Source: Phyllobates terribilis (taxonomy: Eukaryota). From it: DNA of 64,000 nucleotides. The DNA is taken from positions 513,422,001 to 513,486,000 of the forward strand of contig NW_027362761.1 of NCBI RefSeq assembly GCF_046119375.1, in the 5' to 3' direction. Shown piece after piece: positions 21,190-34,056 of this stretch. Every line of letters begins with the position of its first letter. Position 1 is the stretch's first letter. The translations under genes were made by a program, and so were the position numbers. The notes beneath the pieces were generated by a model. The model saw nothing but the letters and a program-made list of their open reading frames with translations, was not told the origin of the DNA and ran no database searches.

Positions 21190-24100
21190 CTCCTTAACCC
21201 ACTGTCTGGTGGTGGACCGACCTGGCTTTCCCCACTAGCGTTAGGGGTACAGCTACCAGCTGGGTGTACAGGTAGGGCAGGCAGCTGTCTGCGGGTCCTT
21301 TGGCTTACCGCAGGCATGGCAGGTTCACTGTCAGCAGAGGGTTGACTCTCCTGGGCTGCTGGTACAGGCTCTTCTGCCTCTGTAACTGCTTGCTCCTCTT
21401 CACCTTCTGGTTCTGGTGTTGTTTGTTGCTGTGCCGGTTGCAGGAAATGCAGGACGGGTACCACTATGGCATTGTTTATCCGAGTCCAGGACTGAGGGAA
21501 CTCTCCGAGAACGGTGCTGATCATTTCTTCCTTGTCCTCTGCGGGTTCAAGGTCACTTTGATCCTCTTCTGCACTACGGAGTTGCTCGGGGCATCTTTTG
21601 AGGTGGTCCCTGGAGACGGTACTAGTGGTTTCTCCTCCGTCCTTGGTGATCACGCACACCTTCGGGTTGTCATGGTCAGACTGCAGTACGGTGTAGGGTT
21701 CCCTTTCCCACTGGTCGTCCAACTTATGTAGCCTTCTCTTTCGCTTAAGGACCTGCTCACCACGTTCTAGGGGACCAGCAGGGGCGTGTTGGTTGAAGAG
21801 TCTTTCTTGCTTCTCTCTCACCTGGGCCAGGCTCTTCTCCACACTCTCCTGTACCTTCTTGTACTGCAGTTGCCTTTCCGTATCCCAGTCCGCATCCGGG
21901 GAGGTGTCCTCAGGTGTTAGGACTCCCATCTCCAGGTCTACGGGCAGCTTACCTGGTCTGGCTCGCATCAGGTAAGCCGGGGTGCAGTTTGTAGCGTTCA
22001 CTGGAATATGATTGTATAAGTCTATCAGATCCGGCAGTTTTTCTGGCCACAGGCTGCGTTCCTCCAGGGGCAACGTCTTCAGGAGATCAATGACTATATT
22101 GTTCATTTTCTCACACATCCCGTTGGTTTGTGGGTGGTATCGCGTTGTCCGAATCTTCTTACAGCCATAGAGGTTGCAGAACTCTTGGAAGATTTCAGCC
22201 TTGAACGCTGGACCCTGGTCCGTCAGGACCTGTTCCGGATACCCGTGTGGACGGCAGAAGTATTGCTGGAAGGCTCTGGCCGCCGTTTGGGCTGTCAAAT
22301 CTTTCACCGGGACCACCACTAGAAAACGGGAATAGTGGTCCACGATTGTCAGGGCGTAGATGTATCCTGACAGGCTTGGAGCCAATTTGACGTGGTCCAG
22401 AGCTACCAGCTCAAGAGGCTGCGTGGTGACGATGGGCCTCAAGGGTGTCTTCTGGCTGGCATGGTCCTTCCTCCTTAGGTGACAAGGGCCACAGTCTCTG
22501 CACCACTTCTCTACAGCCCCTCTCATGCCGACCCAAAAGAACCGTCCTCTTAGCAGGAACTCCAGTTTCTTCCAACCGAAGTGCCCCGCTCTGTCATGGT
22601 AAGCCCCCAGGACCATAGCTGCATCCTGCCTTGGAACCACGACTTGCCAGGTCAGCTCGTGCGTCCGGTGGTTGACAATCCTTATGCACAGCTTGCCTTC
22701 GTAGAGGAACAGCTTGCTCTTCTCTTTCCATAGCTGCTTGGCTTCCTCTGGAGCATCCGGATCCATGCGGGCATCTTCCTGGGTCAGCAGATCTTTCACT
22801 AGGCGGATGGCAGGGTCACTATCTTGGGTCTCGGCCCAGCTGTGGTGAGGTAGGGGATTAATCATCACGGTTGTTAGATCCTCCTCCTTCACGCGGTGGG
22901 AGTATTGAGCGGCTCCATACCGGTGAAACGCGGGGAGTTCTACCTCCTCCAGCTCTTCTGGGTCTTCGTCACCTTCAGGTAAGTGAGGCATTCTCGATAG
23001 GGCGTCAGCGTTGGCATTGGTTTTGCCTGCCCGGTACTTGATCACAAAGTCATAGTTGGAGAGACGGGCCATCCACCGCTGTTCCATGGCACCCAGTCTC
23101 GCATTGTCCAGGTGTGTCAACGGGTTGTTGTCCGTGTACCCGGTGAACTTTGCGGAGGCCAGGTAATGCTTGAAGCATTCCGTTACGGCCCACACCACCG
23201 CCAAGAATTCTAGCTTGAAGGAGTTGTAATTCTCCGGGTTCCTCTCGGTGGGCCTCAGCTTCCGGCTGGCGTACGCGATCACCCTTTCTCTGCCCTGTTG
23301 GTTTTGGGACAGTACGGCTCCCAGTCCCACATTACTGGCATCTGTGTGAAGGATAAAAGGCTGGCCATAATCAGGGTAGGCCAGGATCTCATCCCCCGTG
23401 AGGGCCATCTTCAACTGGCGGAAGGACTCCTCTTCCGGTTTATCCCACTTGAAGGGTGGCTTTTGACTTCTGGACTTAGACTGTCCTATCAGGAGGTCCT
23501 GCATAGGAGCTGCCATCTTAGTGAACCCGGGGATGAACCTTCGGTAGTAGCCTACCAACCCGAGGAACTGTCTCACCTCTTTGATGTTCGAGGGGCTTGG
23601 CCAGCTCTTGATTGCCGTGACCTTGTCAGGGTCGGGGGCCACTCCTTCCGCGCTTACCACGTGCCCTAGGTACTGGACCTTCGGTTTCAACAGGTGACAC
23701 TTCAATGGTTTCACCTTCAGGCCATAGCCTGCCAGGGCTTCGAACACCTCGGCCAGGTGCTTTAGATGGTCCTCGTAGGTCTTCGAATAGACGATAACAT
23801 CGTCCAGTTAAAGGAGGACCGTTTCGAAGTTTCGGTGCCCTAGACAGCATTCCATCAGCCTCTGGAAGGTCCCTGGTGCGTTGCAGAGTCCGAAGGGCAT
23901 GCAGTTGAACTCACTCAGTCCCATCGGGGTGGTGAAGGCGGTCTTCTCCTTGTCAGCCTCTGCCACAGGAACCTGCCAGTACCCGCTAGTAAGGTCCAAA
24001 GTAGAAAAGAAGTTAGCTGATTTTAGTGCGGCTAAAGACTCCTCTATTCTAGTCAGCGGATATGCGTCTTTGTGGGTGATACGGTTGATTTGTCTATAGT

Positions 24101-25224
24101 CCACGCACATTCTCATGGTGCCGTCTTTCTTTTTTACCAGAACCAGGGGGGCTGCCCAGGGGCTACAGCTATCTCTAATGACCGCAGCTTCTTTCATTTC
24201 CCGCAGCATACCCTTGGAGTTCTGATAATGTGCAGGGGGTACAGGTCTGTGTCTTTCTTTTATCGGTGGGTGGCTCCCTGTGGGGATGTGGTGTTCTATC
24301 CCCTTTACTCTGCCGAAGTCTAGCGGGTGCTTACTAAAGACTCTCTCGTACTCCTATACCACCCGGTAGACTCCTTGTTTTTGGTGCAGGGGAGTGGAGT
24401 CAGCACCCACATGGAGTTTCTGGCACCAGTCCTCCTTTTGTTTCTGGGAGGCAATAACCCTCCGCCTGAGGAGATGGAGGCAAGGGTTCCACGGCCCTGA
24501 TAGCTTGGTGTTCGACAACAAACAGTTTGACAAGTGTAGCGTACCTGGATAAGTGTACCTCTCTCTCCCCAATGTTGAGAATGCGGACGGGCACCCTCCC
24601 ATGGCGGACATCAACCACCCCCCTGGCTGTCAAAATGGTGGGCCTGCTGTCTGAGTAAACGGGTTCTACCATGGCTTGGTAGTCTCTACCTCTCAACCCG
24701 ATTGCAGTCCGACACCAGATCATCATTTCACTTTTGGGAGGCATGGAAATGGGGAATGGGTCACTCAGTCTTACGCTACCGATCTCACCACCAGACAGTT
24801 CTACCTGCTGCCGTCTCATCAGGGCTTTTATCTCCTTGTTGAGGACTCTCTGTTGGCTGGAACTAGCATTCACCGCCACCTGTTGTAGAATTACAATTAC
24901 CTCTGAAAGACAATTTTCAATCACGTTAGTACCCACAGTTATTTTAGGGTGACTTTCACGACGGTCAATGTCCACAATAATTACTCCCTGTGCCGGTAGT
25001 TCAACTTTACCAATTTTAATGGTCATCTCCTTGAACCCCATCTGCGGCACGGGTAAGCCATTACTGGCGATGATGCTCAAGTTACTGTCTGGATACCGTG
25101 TGATGTCAGCATCAGTCCAATACTGCTTAAAAAGTACATAAGGGATAGTGGTTACTTGCGACCCAGTATCCAGCAAGGCGCTCATGGGGATACCGTCCAG
25201 CACCACGGGTAAAATCGGGCTCAC
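21190..25224 (-). pseudogene. Gypsy pol: protease, RT, RNase H, integrase (disrupted)
   Basis: LLDTGSQ protease motif; RT with the YLDD motif read as *LDD (TAA at 23808-23810); RNase H (TDAS...ASRKL); integrase HHCC and VDHYSR/TDQG core. A frameshift and TAG lie near 24354-24400. Confidence 0.95.
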
Positions 25225-25265
25225 CCCAACGTACTTATCACGCCAATTATAAGGGCCTGGTGATC

Positions 25266-26258
25266 TTATGCCTGGGGGTTGGCCCTCTGCCCCAGGTTGG
25301 ACCCGTTTAAATTACAGTACCTGGAAATGTGTCCGAGCTGGTTGCATCGATGGCAAATGGGCTGTCCATCCTCTGCGCAGCGGTCTGTGGGCCTCCCTCG
25401 GAACGACGGGATCCTCCTCTGTCGACGCCACGGGACATCCTTCGGACTTGAAGCCAGGTCGATCGGTCTTGACGGGTCCGCTTGTAACGCCTGGACGGTC
25501 CTGGTCAACGCCCCTACGCTCCTGGTCAGCTCCTGGACTTGGTGGTGCAGATCTTTCGATGGGGCTTGGTTCAGGGCCTGTGCATCAGCCCCCACAGAGT
25601 CCATAGGGGAGGGCCCCGCCTCCTGGTGGTAGGTGAGAGCAGGGCGCCAGGGGTTTATAGCGCCACTTGTTGCGGGTTCACGGAGCACCCTTATGGCCCT
25701 GTCCTTGAATTGGGCAAAGGTCAGATCAGGGTTCTGAAAGAACATGAGGCGCAGCTGGGTCCTGTGGGCGCTAGACAGCAGACCTTCTATGAACTGTTCT
25801 GTTAGGAGCTTATCCGTATCCTGCACGCTGCCTGGGTCAGCTTGTTGGATGGCTCTCAGGGCTTCCTGCAAATTTAGGGCATAGTCTCTGATGCTGTCCT
25901 GTGCCCGCTGCTTGCATCCATAGAACCTCATTTTAATTTCAGCGGAGGTACGTGTGTCAAAGGTACCCCGCAGCTGGGCCAGAATACCCTTTACAGTTCT
26001 TTTCTCCTCAGCGGGCCATTACTTTACCTCCCGCTGGGCTGCGCCAGTTAACTGCCCTGTCAGTACGCTAACCTTCTGTTCCTCTGTCAGGGGGTAGACT
26101 TGGAACAAACTGTACAGCCTTTCCTTAAAGTCAGTTAGGGCATGGGGCTCCCCTGAATACTTAGGCAGCCAGGCCGCTTCAGGGATGTAGGGCAGGGAAA
26201 ATGGCATCACCGCTGCTGCAGCTGCGCTGGTGGTAGTGGGCGCCTCCGTGTCTGACAT
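25266..26258 (-). pseudogene. Gypsy gag (PNMA/Ma-like) with CCHC zinc knuckle, internal stop
   Basis: ORFs 26019..26258 and 25266..25931 are in frame across a TAA; CHRCNQLGHISRYC knuckle. Confidence 0.88.
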
Positions 26259-26655
26259 CTTCCTCCCCCTTAGTTAAGCGCGGCCTACCTTCCGACGATC
26301 CTCTTCTGTAGGCCGCGGCTCCGCTGATGCTGCTCCGGGCGAGGACCTTGCGTCGCGTCCTGGTGATGTCAGCGTCACTCTCTCTCCCTTCCAGGACCTT
26401 GCGCAGCGTCGGTGCGTGGGGCGAAGCTTCGAGTCTCGTGCCGTTTGGACGTCCACGTCCCTCTTCTTCCTGCGCGGCGTCCTGAAGATGGCGTCCGATG
26501 GCAGGAAAGCGGCTGAAGATGGCGGGAACCGACAGAAGATGGCGGGAGACGGCTGGAAATGGCGGGAAACGGCTCCGGATGGCGGGAAACCTCTTTTCAG
26601 GTGCGTGTACTGTCTCTTTCAGGCACGCAATACCCGTTTGTGGCGGGTTCGTCTC

Positions 26656-26674
26656 AATCCTGCCGACTACGCCA
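26656..26674 (-). promoter_or_regulatory. Primer-binding site complementary to the tRNA-Ser 3' end
   Basis: Plus strand AATCCTGCCGACTACGCCA equals the vertebrate tRNA-Ser 3' end (...GAATCCTGCCGACTACG-CCA, recalled); 4 nt from the LTR. Confidence 0.9.
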
Positions 26675-26678
26675 AAGC

Positions 26679-27715
26679 TGACTCGACCCCTGGGCCGTGG
26701 GGCACTCGGATCTGGGCAATAGGGGAACGATGGGGGTAGTAGTGGCAACCTGGTTCCGTGGCTCAGGGTGGTCAGGCCAGTGGTAGTCTGCTATGTGCTG
26801 TTGATAACGTCCGACTATGCCACCCGTGGATTTGCGGTCATTAGGAACCGCCGCTGCTGGGCAGACCGCTGGGGCTGATGGTGTATGTAGCTGAGGTGGT
26901 GTGACTCCCCACGGGAAGAGTGCAGCCCCAGGGCAGTGTAGTGGATGGTGGGAGTGATGGTGGTGAGAGTCCCAGTGCTGATAGTGCTGGAGGAGCAAGG
27001 AGCACACAGACAACAGATTGCAGTCCAGGGTCTTTACTAGAGCAGGTAAACTGACCCACAAACAGTCCCGGCTAGGAGGGGACCTGGATGTCTGAGAGCA
27101 ATTGGGAAATTGGCCCTGGTCAGGGTGAGGGTGTAGGCCTACCGTGCTCTCTGCGCTCCTTCTGGCTATCTCCTCCTTATAGGGTAACAGCCCACGTTTC
27201 CGAGCTTTCCGTGTATTCTCGCCTGTATGGCCTGCGACGTGGGTTCCTTTCTGCTCCCAGCCTGGTACGGCTTTACTGGTCCCTTCTGTTGTGGCAGACC
27301 CTCCGGGCTTCTTAGGCCAAGGAACATACAGTCCCCTGCAGACTGGTTATCTGCTGCAGGACGTGGAATCCTCACAGCCCCAGACACCAAAGTCTGGTAA
27401 AATGGAGTTCTTTGTCTGCCAAGACAGGCTCACTTCGCCTCTTGTCTCTGGCTTGTGGCTCTTCTACTGCCACACTTCCTCTTAGGGTGCAATACAGCTG
27501 TCCCTCTCTGCTCTGGACACTTCTCAGTGCTGAGACAGGTCGTCCAGTTCTCTCTAACCCTGCCCTCGGTTCCAGCTTTTATAGGGGCAGCCTGCTCCCC
27601 CTACTGGCCTGAGACAGGAGGCACTGCATGCTAATGTTCCCCTGACTAGAGAACCTCCCCCTTGCTCTCAGACACAGCTTTATTATACTTGTGGCATCCA
27701 GGCCAGGGTGACACA
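26679..27715 (-). repeat. 5' LTR of the Gypsy element
   Basis: Matches 8587-9622; followed on the minus strand by the PBS. Confidence 0.95.
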
Positions 27716-27873
27716 TAAACATCACTGGGGAGGCTTGGGGGCCATAGACATCAGTGGGAGGCATAAACATCACTGAAGAAGCTGGGGGTATAGATATCAC
27801 TGGTGAGGGGCTGCCACTGTTCTCCTCATCTGTGGGACAGAATCGCATCGCACTCTAACTTCACCTACAAAGT

Positions 27874-28190
27874 ATGTCCTCACCCTGGCACTCCAAATAC
27901 ATTGTTTATTACATAGAATGCCAAATGTGCAAAATAAAATATATAGGTTGCACTACAAGAAAATGTAAAAAAAAAAGAATTGCAGAACATGTTGAAAATA
28001 TTATCAACAACAACAGCAGCACATACTCAGGTGCAACAAAACATTTTGTCCCTGTTCATAATCACACACATTTAGTGGTTTTTGGCATTGAAGAAGTTGC
28101 ATACCCTAGACGTTGTGGAGATTGGTTAAAACAGCTTACTTTGAGAGAAGCATATAGGATTTTATGTTTAGATACCAAATTACTACCTAG
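27874..28190 (+). mobile_element. Penelope-like GIY-YIG endonuclease fragment
   Basis: YIVYYIECQMCKIKYIGCTTR...RIAEH...REAYRI motif pattern. Confidence 0.75.
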
Positions 28191-29311
28191 TGGGATGTCA
28201 CAATACTGTAGCAGGATTTCCCAGGGCAATGGGCTCCTTCCCTGTCCCTCAAGCTAGGGGGGCCCTTGGCTATTCCTGTTCCCCAGATTACCCCAGATAA
28301 TCGATATGCTGGGGCCTTGTACCTTGCTACCCTCCTAAATGCACACTGAACTGTTTCATCCCCCACCCAAGGAGGTATGGGACAGATGTGTATAGGAGAG
28401 CATAGCAGACAGACAGGGAAAACAGACAAGGATAAAAGGAAACTGCAATCATACAAATACTCTCAAAAAATAAAAAAGTGGAAATCAAGAGAACAGTAGG
28501 AGGGACCAACCAAATGGGAAGAGGATAAGGATATACACAATACCAAAACCATGCAGATATCTCCTTGAAAAAAAATACCAACAGACTGCTACAAATATGG
28601 ACTACTCCTTCAACACCAAACTTGGCAGTTGTAAACTGTCACCAGCAGAGAACAGAAGCAGGAGTGAGGTTGTAATTGTTTTACTCTGAGATTCTGCTCT
28701 AACCAGGGCCCCACATTAGAAAATCTATTTTTTTCTGGTACTACCGTGGTACAGAAACCATACCACATTTCAGTTTTTAATTATTTTGTGCTAGTATTGT
28801 CCTCTTGCTAGGAATCCACATTTGAAAATCTAAATTCTTTATGCTAATAGCATGGTCCAGAAACCAGGCCACATTTCAGCCTATAAATATTTTCTGTAAT
28901 ATTGTGCTTCATCCAGAAGTCCAAATTTCAGAATCTAAATTGGTTGTACTAATAGCGTGGTGCTGAAACCAGGCCACATTTCAGCATTGGACAGGGCTTA
29001 GAGCAGCATTTCTAGCTTAAACTTTGATCAGTAACAGGTGGATGAATGACAGGTGCTCTGATAGCTGGGCAACACACATGAATGAGACCCAACTTGGGGA
29101 CCAAACAATTACAAGAATTATGGGAAGATACCACTAAAGTGAAATCAATTTTTATTTATTTATTTATTTTACTCACTTATATAGCACCATTAATTTCACA
29201 GCACTTTACAGACATTATCAATTTCCCCAGAATTGAAATAGTATAATGGGCCTCTGATACCCTTCCCCTACAGGAAATCCACCAGATGGAGACCCAACTT
29301 GGAGTCTCCAC

Positions 29312-29740
29312 TAGTGATGAGTGAGTACTAAAATGCTTGGGTACTCGTTGTTCGAGTCGAGCAAATTGGAATACTTGGGTGCTCAGACCGAATAACGAGC
29401 CCAATGTAAGTCTATGGGAAACTCGAGCATTTTACTGGCAGCTCCCCCCAGCGGTCTGCAGAGGGACTAAAAATTGCCCAAATTAATGGGAACAGTGCTC
29501 AAATAACATGGGAACAGCATGGGGAAGACCCCTGGAAGCATTTCTGACTCCCAGGTCATGTCTGTCAACAATCTTGTCAGAGAATTACGCCACTTTTACG
29601 CACTGACAATAAAACATGCAAAAATGAAACTAAAATGGATTTTCCTGGGAAATATGTTAAAGAACATCCTTTCCAGGATAATGACTTGTGTATAAGGCAA
29701 AAAAAATAACCAAAAACAAAGATGCTCCTCCACACCTTGG
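29312..29740 (+). mobile_element. Non-autonomous hAT-type element (MITE-like), partial
   Basis: Starts TAGTGATGAG with GTTCGAG repeats; similar to 50278-50697 and 1-240. Confidence 0.6.
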
Positions 29741-30009
29741 GCTATGCTCACACGTAGCATTTTTGATGCATTTTTTTACTTTTGCATTGCTTTCAATGGT
29801 GAAAAAACATTTACCAGTAAATGTCATTTTAACATTTTACTACCTTATCTGGCCATGTGGTGTGTGCCACATCCTGTTTCATTTATGATAGAAGGACTCT
29901 GAAAGTCACAAAGACTATTTTTATAGGGCCATCAGGCGGCCCTTACTATTATTAAAGGGCCAGCAGGCGGCTATGCTTTGTTGTTCCCATTATTAACGAG
30001 TGGGTCTCC

Positions 30010-30442
30010 TGTTAGAACCCTCCTGTTTGTTTTTCCATCTTGTGTTTTGCGGTCACGTGACCACCTGCCTTTATATTCCAGCTCCACCCTTCTGGCTGTG
30101 CTGGACTTGTTGTTTGACTGTCTTTCTAGCCAGGTGCTTCGGTGCCTATCTCTGTCTGTTCACTTGGTCCTTCTGGGACCTCTAGTACCTTTTTGTCTGT
30201 TTGTCTTTTTGTGTTCTGCAACAACTTCTCTGTTTAGGAGGTGTCCCATTTTTGTTCCAGTCCTTAGTTCTTTTAGGGACCCCTCCCCTTATACTATAGG
30301 TCTTCGTTCAGACTAGCCGAGGACTAAGGCGGGTCTGTTCGCTAGGAACAGGCAGCCCGCTACATCGTAGGGATTCAGCTTAGTCTTGCTGTAGGGACAG
30401 CTTTCCCCTATCTTTCCTTAGTACATGTTGCAGATCATAACA
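30010..30442 (+). mobile_element. Solo LTR of the chromoviral Gypsy family
   Basis: TGTTAGAA...ATAACA termini; perfect 5-bp TSD TCTCC; similar to the LTRs at 34553 and 39102. Confidence 0.93.
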
Positions 30443-30579
30443 TCTCCTATACTGTTATTGCTATGCAGTGACTGCAACTGCTGCCAAAAATTTGGAGGAA
30501 CTCCAATGCCCCTTCCAAGAGACGTAGAGGTTAGAGGGCCTACTGAAAACAATGTTCCCATTACTAGGAAGTGTGCCTC

Positions 30580-30980
30580 CAATACACAGGCCTGTTATTT
30601 GCTAATACTATCCCTCACAGATACCTAGTGTAAATAGCTTGACCGACACACTGCAGCGGAATGAAAATGGAAGAAATGTCTGATTTTGGAACACTCTTAT
30701 AGCTGTTATGTCTGACAGAGAACCACAGTTTTAAATAGCAGGTCTGTTATTTGCTAATACTAACCTTCACAGACACCTAGTGTGCATAGCTTGACTGACA
30801 CACTGCAACAGACTGAAAATGGAAGAAATGTATGATTTTGGAACACTCTTATAGGTGTTATGTCTGACAGAGAACCACAGTTTTAAGTAGCAGGCCTGTT
30901 ATTTGCTAATACTACTGTATACTTCACAGACACCTAGCTTGAATAGCTTAACCGACACACTGCAACAGAATGGAAAAGGA
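30580..30980. repeat. 152-bp tandem repeat, ~2.5 units
   Basis: CTGTTATTTGCTAATACTA at 30592, 30744 and 30896. Confidence 0.8.
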
Positions 30981-31344
30981 GGCCAATATTCTCAATGTTC
31001 AGTTTAAATTTCTTCATTTTATTGCTGAAATATGGAACACATCTGGCTTTATTCTGCAGTGAGAACAAGCAAATGGAGCAGAAAAATTGTGTACTCTGGA
31101 TTGCTTTTTAAGCAAATAACCAGGATTAAGATAAAAAAAAATTCCCTGGCCCCTGATATATGGGGCTATGTCTACAAATATCTGTAAGAACAGCAGCAGC
31201 AGCAGGAACATTCAGTGGACCCTCTTGCACTATATGCACTGCAGTCTGCCACATACACTACTTGCCTGCCAAATTCCTGATATCACCACTGAATATATGC
31301 AGCTGGATTAGTCCTCAAAAGGACTGTTAGTTCAGATGGATATA

Positions 31345-32948
31345 CAGTACAGACCAAAAGTTTGGACACACCTTCTCATTTAAAGATTTTTCTGTATTTT
31401 CATGACTATGAAAATTGTACATTCACACTGAAGGCATCAAAACTATGAATTAACACATGTGGAATTATTTACTTAAAAAAGTATGCAACAACTGAAAATA
31501 TGTCTTATATTCTAGGTTCTTCAAAGTAGCCACCTTTTGCTTTGATGACTGCTTTGCACACTCTTGGCATTCTCTTGATGAGCTTCAAGAGGTAGTCACC
31601 GGAAATGGTCTTCCAACAATCTTGAAGGAGTTCCCAGAGATGCTTAGCACTTGTTGGCCCTTTTGCCTTCACTCTGCGGTCCAGCTCACCCCAAACCATC
31701 TCAATTGGGTTCAGGTCTGGTGACTGTGGAAGCCAGGTCATCTGGCGTAGCACCCCATTACTCTCTTTCTTGCTCAAATAGCCCTTACACAGCCTGGAGG
31801 TGTGTTTGGGGTCATTGTCCTGTTGAAAAAAAAATGATGGTCCAACTAAACGCAAACCAGATGCAATAGCATGCCGCTGCAAGATGCTGTGGTAGCCTTG
31901 CTGGTTCAGTATGCCTTCAATTTTGAATAAATCCCCAACAGTGTCACCAGCAAAGCACCCCCACACCATCACACCTCCTCCTCCATGCTTCACGGTGGGA
32001 ATTAGGCATATAGAGTCCATCCGTTCACCTTTTCTGCGTCACACAAAGACACGGTGGTTGGAACCAAAGATCTCAAATTTGAACTCATCAGACCAAAGCA
32101 CAGATTTCCACTGGTCTAATGTCCATTCCTTGTGTTCTTTAGCCCAAACAAGTCTCTTCTGCTTGTTGCCTGTCCTTAGCAGTGCTTTCCTAGCAGCTAT
32201 TTTACCATGAAGGCCTGCTGCACAAAGTCTCCTCAACAGTTGTTGCAGAGATGTGTCTGCTGCTAGAACTCTGTGTGGCATTGACCTGGTCTCTAATCTG
32301 AGCTGCTGTTAACCTGCGATTTCTGAGGCTGGTGACTCGGATAAACTTATCCTCAGAAGCAGAGGTGACTCTTAGTCTTCCTTTCCTGGGGCGGTTCTCA
32401 TGTGAGCCAGTTTCTTTGTAGCGCTTGATGGTTTTTGCAACTGCACTTGGGGACACTTTCAAAGTTTGCCCAATTTTTCGGATTGACTGACCTTCATTTC
32501 TTAAAGTAATGATGGCCACTCGTTTTTCTTTACTTAGCTGCTTTTTTCTTGCCATAATACAAATTCTAACAGTCTATTCAGTAGGACTATCAGCTGTGTA
32601 TTCACCTGACTTCTGCACAATGGTCCCAACCCCATTTATAAGGCAAGAAATCCCACTTATTAAACCTGACAGGGCACAGCTGTGAAGTGAAAACCATTTC
32701 CGGTGACTACCTCTTGAAGCTCATCAAGAGAATGCCAAGAGTCATCAAAGCAAAAGGTGGCTACTTTGAAGAACTTAGAATATAAGACATATTTTCAGTT
32801 GTTTCACACTTTTTTGTTAAGTATATAATTCCACATGTGTTAATTCATAGTTTTGATGCCTTCAGTGTGAATGTACAATTTTCAAAGTCATGAAAATACA
32901 GAAAAATCTTTAAATGAGAAGGTGTGTCCAAACTTTTGGTCTGTATTG
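31345..32948 (-). mobile_element. Tc1 family B, full length, transposase disrupted
   Basis: TA-flanked TIRs CAGTACAGACCAAAAGTTTGGACACACC; MARKKQLS N-terminus, WSDEFK and QQDNDPKH...SPDLNPIEMVW in split frames. Confidence 0.95.
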
Positions 32949-32984
32949 TATATATACCTTTTGTTCTGAGGTCATCTTTGTTGC

Positions 32985-34056
32985 ATAAAACCCCATGAGG
33001 TCCCCCCCAGGGTTGTCCCACAGAACTGGTCCTCTTCCCTCCCGGAGATGGCTAAGGCCTCAGGAGCGGGTAACAGCGGGAGGCTATGGTCTTCCACCTC
33101 CACGGACCAGTTTCAGACCGCACGTCCATACACCCATTCGGGTGTGGCGGCTGATGGCTCTTGTAGGGGGCCTAGTAGCAGGTCTTCCTCATTAGTGCCC
33201 GGGGTAGCAGGCTCCGGGACCTGGAGCGGAGCGGGCGAATGCGCGCCCGGGTACGGAGATTCCGGCAGGGGGCCCAGGAGCAGATCACAACTTTCAGTGC
33301 CGGGGACAGGGAGTTCTACCAGGGGGCCCAGTAGCAGGTCAGCGCTTTCAGCGCCCGGGACAGAGAGTCTTCTCTTACCTGCTCCCACGGCCGCTCCTGT
33401 GCTGCACGCTGCCTCCTGGTTCTGGTCAGGCTCCGCCGGGGTTGGGGCACTGCTGGTCACTTGCAGCGCTGACTGCTGCCGGGTCACCAACTTCTCCATC
33501 AGTTCTGCTCTCCAGTCAGCAATCGCAGCTTGCTGGGCCTCTTTCATCCTCCTGCCCAGTCCTTGCATTTCATCCCGGATGAAGCTGGTGTCCTCCAGGA
33601 ACAACTTGGCTAGCATCCCCTCCACGGTGAGGAGTTCTGCCGCGGGCTGCAGACCACAAGCCGGAGCTTCAGGCTGACCTCCTTCCGTCTTGCCTGCCGG
33701 GTGTGGTCTGTCTAGACTGCTTGAGACCACACCCCGTCTCCCAGTTTTCTTCTTTTTTCCTCTCCCCTTTCTGGGGCGGTCCGATGGCTGCTTGCTGTCG
33801 GCCACACCTGGGGGCAGCTCCCCCACGTTGATGGACACATCTACATACATGGCCACTGCTGCTTGAGGCGTGCTCCGCTTTTGGCGCCATTATGGGTCCC
33901 GGCCCACGATGGGAGGTTCTATGTTGTCCTTGATAACGCACATAATGGCGTCCGTTCTTCTGGGGCGGGTGCCACATTCAGTATACAACACAGTCTCTAG
34001 GCACACTATACTCGGTGATAAAGGGTGGGTTCATATCCTGTTCGTGACACCAAAGT
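32985..34056 (-). mobile_element. Truncated 5' internal region of a third Gypsy family (PBS plus gag-like low-complexity ORF)
   Basis: PBS-like ATCCTGTTCGTGACACCA at ~34035-34052 next to an LTR end; minus ORF 33113..33856 follows. Confidence 0.65.

Larger units (their letters stand above)
8587..27715 (-). mobile_element. Gypsy/Ty3 LTR retrotransposon (~8 kb without the nested hAT), defective
   Basis: Two ~1036-bp LTRs (~98% identical by eye), PBS, PPT, gag-PR-RT-RH-INT order; flanks TATA/TAAA fit a 4-bp TSD with one mismatch. Confidence 0.96.
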
